A stretch of 64,000 nucleotides of DNA. Source: a virus (lineage: Duplodnaviria; Caudoviricetes). The stretch covers positions 30,484-94,483 of the IMG/VR virus record IMGVR_UViG_3300012952_000019. One strand, given 5' to 3'. Made by a program: the position numbers and the translations under genes. The first letter of the stretch is position 1. Every line of letters starts with the position of its first letter. The notes below the pieces were generated by a model. It ran no database searches. It was not told the DNA's origin and worked only from the letters and a program-made list of their open reading frames with translations. Shown here piece after piece: positions 21,401-30,400 of the stretch.

Positions 21401-24400
21401 ACTGCTCACACATTTGTTCGTGCTAAAGCAAATGGTTTAACAAGATCTGGTGAAACACTAAAACTTGCTAAAGATGCATTATCATTTACATGCTCACAAG
21501 ATAATGATGCTACTGTTCATTCTTATCCTAGAGTTGATGATAGTGTTTACAATACTGCTATTCCAATTTGGAGTAATGGTAGCACTAGAATGACTGCCCA
21601 GAGTGCACTTTATAATACTGCAACTGGAATGTTAACCATTACAATTTTGAATCATGGTTTAACAGTAGGCACTGAACTAAGATTAGAGAATAAATCATTA
21701 GTCTTTACATGTGCTAAAGATGGAAATAAAACAGAGCATGCATATCCAAGACCTAAAGATCCATTTGCTGCTAGATGGTTAAGAATTAAAGCAGTTACTG
21801 ATCATACATTTACATTGTTTATTGGTGAAGCAAGTGCTACAGGTCAATATGCTCACACATTTATAAGAGCAGTTAAAGATGGTATTGTAAAACGTGATAA
21901 TACTGTTACTGTTAACGTTGGTGCTACTCCAACTAAGGCGTATACTCCATCTGCTGCAACTTATAATGCTAGTACTGGTGCTTTAGAATTAAATGTTGGA
22001 TCACATAGTTATCCTGCTCCAACACAACATACACCAACTGATGTTGCTTACAATCCTGTTAGTGGTGTAATGACTCTGACTATTGCAGGTCATAACTTCT
22101 CTAATGGTGAGAAAATTAAGATTGCTGATAATGGTATTAAATTAAGTTGTCCTTATGGTGGTGCAACTGGAACTGCTGCACAAAAAGACTATCCACGTTC
22201 TACTGACCCAGTTAGCAACAAATGGATTCCAATATTCAACGTAACTACAGATACTTTTGATGTTCAAGTTCTAGATTCAACTCCTTCTACTAACGTTGAT
22301 ACTCATACATTTGTAAGTGCAGTTAATAACTGCGTTAGCAAGGCAAATTATACTGTTAAACTTGCTCCTGATTCATTAGTAATGACATGTGATATGGATA
22401 GTGGTGCTACTAAACATCTATATCCAAGATCTAATGTTGCTACTCATACTCCATCTACAGGTACATCTTACAACCCAGTAACAGGTGCTCTTACAGTTTC
22501 AATTCCTACTGAATCATTTACTGCTAGTGCTGCAAATTATAACGTTACAACTGGTGCTTGTGTATTAACAATATCTCAGAATGCAGGATCATATAATGTT
22601 ACTGGAGCAACTTATGCACCTACAACTGGTGTTCTAGTTCTTACACTTGGAGGAGGATCTCATAGTTTAACAACTAACGATAGAATTAAAATTACTCCAG
22701 AATCACTTAAATTTACATGTGATTATAACAACGATAATAATACAACAATTCATCCTTATCCTCGTGCTGCAGGTGCTTACAACTCAACAAATTCAAAAGC
22801 AGATTATGCTTATGATACATGGTTAGATATCACTGCTGTAAGTTCAACAACTATCACTGTTAATGTTAATGGTGGACAGGGTGCTATTACTGATATCAGT
22901 AACCATACATTTGTTGGTGCACTTGATGGTGCAGTTCAAGTTGGTCATGGTATAGTACCTGGCAACAAAGTTAAACTTGCTCCTAACTCACTAACATTTA
23001 CTTGCACATTAGATGGCAACACTGCACAAAAATCTTATCCTAGATCAACAGGTGCTAATACAACAAGTGGTGCTGACTATGCTTATGATAAGTGGCTCAG
23101 AGTTATGGATGTTGGTGACAATACTATAACTGTTAACTTGAATGGTGGTCAAGGTGCTATCTCAGATACATCAGCACATACATTCGTTTCAGCTACTGCA
23201 AATGGTATTACCCTTGGACACGGTATGGTTGCTGGTACACCTATTAAGATCAAAGATGGTGGCGTAACATTCAGATGTGCCCATGATAATAATGCTACTT
23301 TACATCCTTATCCTAGAGCAACTGATCCTGCAAGTGACAAATGGTTGTTTATCAAGAATGTAAGTGATACTCAATTTGAAGTTGATATTTTACAAGGAAC
23401 AACTCCTACAAATACAACAACTCATACTTATGCAGGTTCTATGGATAATTGTATTATCCAAGGAGATCCACTTGTTGCTCAAGCAATTCCTATTGATGCT
23501 GTAACAGGAAGTACTATTACTATCAATGCTTTAGATGGATATACACCTTCATTCACACCAAACCATACTTTAGATTCTGTATCTACATCTCAATTTACAC
23601 CAACTAATGCAGTTTACGATGGATCTACAGGTGAGATAGCAATAACAGTTGCTACCACTACGTTTACTCCTTCTACTGTTGCTTACAATGCAATAACTGG
23701 TGAGATGCAAATGACTATCGGAAGTCATAGTTTAGCAGTTGGAGAAGAGATATTAATTGCTGCCAACTCATTAACATTTACTTGTGATTTCAATGGAGAT
23801 GGAAATACTACAAATAAAACATATCCTAGAGCAACAAATGCATCGACTCCTACTGGTTCTGACTTTGCGTACAATAATCATTTACAAATTACTGATACAA
23901 CAGCAACAACAATTACTGTTAACGTAAATGGTGGTGGAGGAGCAATTACTGATACAACTAATCATGTATTTGTTTCTGCAACTGCTGATGCTATCAGTGT
24001 TTCACATGGAATTAAAACTGGAGAGAAAATAAAGATTGCTAATAATGGTATTACATTTACATGTCTTGAAGATAGTAATGCGACAAATCATCCATATCCA
24101 AGACCAACTGATCCTGCTAGTGGTAGATGGTTAGATGTTGTTGCAACTACAAATAATACATTCACTGTTCAAGTATTAGATGAAATCCCATCAACCAATA
24201 TTACAGCTCATACATTTGTTTCTGCTACAACAAATGCTATTACAAGAGCGATAATTTCAACTGGTGGTAACTACAAACATAAGTTTATATCTGGTCTTAC
24301 AAATGGAGTTAGAACAGGTGGTGACTATACTCATACATTCGTTTCTGCAACTACTAATGGAATACATGTTGCAGGTGACTCAGTATACCTTGAGGATAAT

Positions 24401-27400
24401 TCAATAAGATTTACTTGTTCTCAAGATAATCATTTAACACAACATGATTATCCAAGAGTAACTGATCCTGCAAGTAAGCATGTAATGGAAGTTAAGACTG
24501 TAGATAATGATAGATTTGTAATTAACGTTGGTAAGTCACCACAAGAAAAACGTTACGATCATTTATTTGTTAGTGCAAATGCTAATTCTGTTATTAAGTC
24601 TAAGTATCAAATTACAAATTGTTCTGATGTTTATACAACTACAAATAACTTAATTGATATTCTTAGAGATACAATAACTCAAGCTGCTTTACCATCTCCT
24701 GTAGATCATCTTGCAACTATTACTGATCTTCTTCCAGTACAAGAGTTTGTTGGTGGTAGAGTATATTCATATCTTGAGGTTCCATTTAAGATCACTTATG
24801 AAGATGATGCTCAGGAAATGGTATACACAGATAGAATCGATGTATTCAGTCGTTACAGATTCCGTGATGCTGCTAATTTAATTCGTCAGAATACAGGTGC
24901 TATTGTAGATAAGGCATCATATGATATGTTAGTTCGTTATCCTGCTCTTTATCAGGATATGCCTAGAAACCAAGGTGGTGCATCTACAGATGGAATTGAG
25001 CGTTGTAAGACTGACCTTACACAGGTTTGTGGTGGAGTTGCTAATGATATAGAAAATGGTGGTAATGATAATGTTATTACTGCTGCAGGATTCTACATTG
25101 GTGCTAATAATATGATCCAACATATTAGATTACAGTTACCACAATCTATCTACGTTCATGAGCGTTTAATATATTACTTAAAGCAAGCAATAGATGGAAC
25201 TTTAACAACTGATAATACAGAAAATCTTATCGTTGGAGATTGGGGTATTACAAATGATGATAGTGTAACAACCTACGATGTATATGGTGCAACTTATGAT
25301 GCAGGTTCTGGTGATTTAACAATGACTCTTGCATCAAACACTGGATCATATAGTGTTACTGGTGCAGTTTATAATCCAACATCAGGTGATTTAACACTTA
25401 CAATCGGAACTCATACTTTAACAACCAATGACAAGGTTGGAATTGCTACTGAGTCATTAGTCTTTACTTGTGATTACAATAGTAATGGTAACCAAACTCA
25501 AAAGAGATATCCTAGATCATTCGGTGCTAATACTACAAATGGTGCTGATTATGCATATAATCAATTCCTTGATATTACTGCTGTAAACCAATCAGGCGGT
25601 ACAATCACTGTTAATGTCAATGGTGGTCAAGGTGCAATTACAGACACCACAACTCATAACTTTGTATTAACCCCATCTGCTACAAACGCTGTAACTGTTG
25701 GACATGGATTTAGTGCAGGTGATAGTTTACAAATAGGAAATGAAGCATTAACATTTACATGTTCAATGGATGGTAACGTTTCTAATAAAACATATCCTCG
25801 TGCAACTGACCCTGCATATGGTAAGTCACTTACAATTACAAATGCTACTGCTACAACTGTAACTGTTAATGTAGGAACTACTCCAGAAGTTAAATACACA
25901 CCAACATTTGCAACTTATAACGCTCAAAGCGGTATAATGGTTCTTACTATTGGTAACCACAATTTACAAACTGGACAACCAATTAAGATCAATGGTGGTG
26001 CATTGAAGTTTACTTGTGAGATGGATGGAAATGAAGCAATCAAATCTTATCCAAGAACAACTGATCCATTCTATGACAAACCTATTGATATTACTGCAAC
26101 TACAGCAGATAGTATTCAGTTAAACGTTGGAACAAGTCCAATAGTTTTACATAATGTTTCTAATGCTACTTACAATCCTACTACAGGTGTAATGGTATTG
26201 ACACTCAATGTAAACCACGGATTAGTTGCTGGTACTAGCATTAGACTTGCTACTGAATCATTAGTCTTTACTTGCACATTAGATGGTAATACAGTTCAGA
26301 AATCATATCCTCGTTCTACTAGTGCTAATACAGGAACAGGTGCTGACTATGCATATAATACTGCAATCAATATTGATTCTGCAGATCAAGCAGCAGGAAC
26401 AATTACTATTAACGTAAATGGTGGACAAGGTGCTATATCTGATACATCAGCACATACATTTGTTTCTGCTAATTCTGGTGCTGTAAGATCTGGTGGTGAT
26501 TATGTTCACACATTCTACTCTGCAGATACAGAATCTGTAATAGCAGGTGGTGAATACACTCACGTATGGGCAGGTGGTACTGCTACAGATGCAGTTAGTG
26601 TTATCGGTGATTGTGCAGATGTTAAGACTAATATTGAATCATTAATAACAACAGTTAATGATATAATTGCACCTACTGGAAAAGATTTTGATACTGCAGG
26701 TAATAGACTATACTTCAACAGAGAACTTATTGCACAAGATGTTACTTCTAATATGGTGCAGGAGTTTACATATCAAGCAGGTCCTACAACATACTATGGA
26801 TTCCAATTTGGTGGTAATAATTTATTAGATACAGAATTCCAAGCTGATGTAGAACTTCTAGTTAAGTCATTAATATCTGACTTACAAACTGGTGGTAATA
26901 ATAGTTCTGTTAAGGCACTTGAAGATACATATCTCAATGCAGATGGAACTCTTCATAGAATTGAAGATATGGTTATGGCAACTGTATTTGGTATGGAAAA
27001 ACTTAAAGAAGTTGGTCGTGAAGTAATTAGAAATAATGTATATAACGCATTTGAGAGTCAACCATTTGGTGCATATTCAACACAATCTGGTTTCACTGCA
27101 TATAGAGATACAGAAGAAACAGTTGATATAGATGCTGTTGTTGGAGAATGGAATAATCTTCTTGATCATGTAATTGAGTTCTTCTCACCTGGTCAAAAGA
27201 TTATGAGAAGTGGTATGAAACAAATACTGTTTAATTCAAACTACTATAAGAATGAATTAAACAATCTTGTTAATACTCAGTTTGGTAATGGTCAGTGGAT
27301 TTATAATGATTTTGTAGATGAGTTACTTGGAAATATGATCCAAGATTCTATTACAACTGATGTATCTCATATGCAAGATGCATATAGATTAACTCTTACA

Positions 27401-30400
27401 AGTGTAACTGGAGAGTTTAGAGTTGGTGAAGTTGTAACTGCTGCAGGTGGTGGATATGCTACGATTCTTGAATGGGATAGTAAAGATAGACATCTTTATA
27501 TTAGTTCATTCCTTAGCGGTACAATCTCTGGTGGTGAAACTGTTACAGGTCAAACAGGTGGTGCTGCAACTGTAACTACTGGTGGAGTTGGTAAGAAATT
27601 TGACTGGTATACACATCCTGCAAACGTAGAAATTCTTAGAAATGCAAGATTAATTAGTTCTCAGGTTCAAGATCAATTAATAGGTCAAAACGTTGGTTAT
27701 AATTATCCAGAAGATTTATCTAGTGGAAATACACTTACTAATTTAACAGTATCAGCAGACGTAACTGCTGCTCCTGATAATGCATTAAGTGCTGATAAAC
27801 TTGTTGCTACCACAACTGTTGGAGAACATTTTGTATTTAATAATTACAGTTTGAATGCGTTTGAAACATTTGACTCTGGTAACGTTACCTTCGATACTAG
27901 TGGAGAAACATTTGATACTGGACAAGTAGGAACTCAGGAATCTCAGCAATTTACTTATTCTGTATTCTTGAAGCAAGGTGAATATACTAAAGCACGTTTC
28001 ATGGTTTCTCTTGATGAAGATACAGCTCAGAGACAGCAAGCATTCTATGATATTGATTTAACAAATGGAACTACAGGTAGTATATTCCAACCTCAAGGTG
28101 GTCTTACAATAGATGCATCTGGAGTTATACCTTATGGTGGAGGATGGTATAGAGCATACATTACAATTACATGTTCATTCGGTTTCCAACAACTTCGTCA
28201 ACAAGTACAAATTAAGAATGCTACTGGTCAAACTAGTTTTGCAGGTAATGCATCTGATGGTTTATTTGCATGGGGTCAAAAGTTAACTAAAGGATTAATT
28301 GATCCATATGCTGCTACATCTGGAGATGTATTCTATGCTGATACAGAGTATAACATTAAGACATACACAATCGATAAATTAGAAAATTGGATTTATGATG
28401 CATTAAAAGATCAATTACTTAATCCTTCTCCAGAGTCAGGTTTCGTACCTTACTTTAGTGATAGTGATGCACAGAATTATCATCCAGAGTCAGTTCATAG
28501 ATTAGTAAGATATAGTTTAGATATTATCCGTAATCAATTATTAAATAGCACTTACTATACTGACATTATTGTTCAAAATGGAATAGTTGCTCCTGCTAAA
28601 GATTATGGAACATTTGATATTCCTGTTGGATTAGCAGGTGGTCTAAACAATGCTGATTACTTATATGGTTTAGAAAGTGGTTCATATGCTGAACTAGAAA
28701 AAGTAACTATGAACGAAGGTGAAGTCGTTCAAGTATATCAAAGATTCCGTATTGATGCTAATATTGTTGATGGTCCTTACTTCATGAATGAAGTAGTTCA
28801 GAAACAAGGTGATAGCACAGTTACAGGTATTGTTTATGGATTCTATGAAGATGATAACTTCAAATATCTTGATGTTGCAGTTACTGGTGGAACATGGACA
28901 GTATTAGATTATGTTGTTGGTGCAACTAATACAACAACTGCACAAATTAATGCTATTGAAGATAGGATACAAATCACTGATCTTATGGGTGAGTTCACAG
29001 ATAATATTCCATTCAAGGGATATGATTCTGGTGAAACTGCAATTCCAACTGGATTCTTAAAAGCACAAGCTGCTGTTACTGACAATAGTGGTGGTAAATT
29101 AACTGTTGATACTGAAACATTAATAGGTACATTTGAAACTACTGCTACAATATATCCTGAGCAATCTAAATTGTTTATTGATGTTACTAGGTATGAAGGA
29201 TTAGATGTATTAATAGGTTATAGAATATCATCTGCAGGACATACAAGAATTGGTATTACAATTCAGAATAATAAAAATGTATTTGTAGTAGGTAATAAAC
29301 TTAATAAGATTACAAATGGTATTATTGACGCTAACAACTTTGGTTATATTACTGAAATTGATCTTGATAATAATATTCTTTACTACATCTTAGCATCAGG
29401 AAATATTACTAATGGTGATCAGGTTGGTGATTTTGGTGTTGCTCCTGATCCACTCAATCCATTAGGACATGCAGTAATCAATACTAAGTTAGATGTTGCA
29501 GGTGCTGCTACTGCAGTAATTCAAGACATTAAAGAAGTTGGTGTTAACAAACGATTCTATCTAACAAATGTAACAGGAACATTCAGTGGTAGAGATGGAA
29601 TCTTTAGTAAGGATAATTACAAGGCAGCTATCATAACTAAGACTGATCTTAAGGGACGTGTCGAACGTGCATTCAGAGGATTTGATGGATCACAAACTAA
29701 CTTCAAGTTAACTATTTCAAACGGAACTCCATACTTCCCAGATCCTGCAGGACATATGTTGATATTCATTAACGGTGTTCTACAACCACCAGGTTCAGCA
29801 AATGCTTATACAGCATTCTCAGATAACATTCAGTTTACTGAAGCACCTGATCTTGGAGCATCATTCACAGGATTCTATGTTGGTAAGTTAAGACAGTTAG
29901 ATGATATATCATTTGAGTTTGATTCATTACGTCAGTCATTCAACTTGAAACGTGACGATGTGTTCTACTCATTGACGCTGACTGATGGTGTTCAATCTTC
30001 TACAATCTTACCAGAAAATAATATTATTGTTTCACTCAATGGTGTTATACAGGAACCAGGCGTTGGTTTTGAATTGGTTGGTTCTAGAATAATCTTCTCT
30101 GAGATTCCTCGTGTAGGATCAACATTCGTTGCATTCTCATACGTTGGTTCTGAGGCAGACGTTGATGCTGCAGAAGTTGTACCACCAATAGAGGTTGGTG
30201 ACTTTATTGATATACAAGGTGAGACTGAAGACAGACAGGTTGCTGTTATTGAATCTTCTAATTCACTTATTACATTTGATTATCTTGGATCTGTATTTGG
30301 ACAGAATGCTAAAGCATCCGCGACTTTAGTATCTGGAACTATTGATAGAGTTCAAGTAACATCTGGTGGATCTGGTTACACAACTAGACCAAATGTAAGA

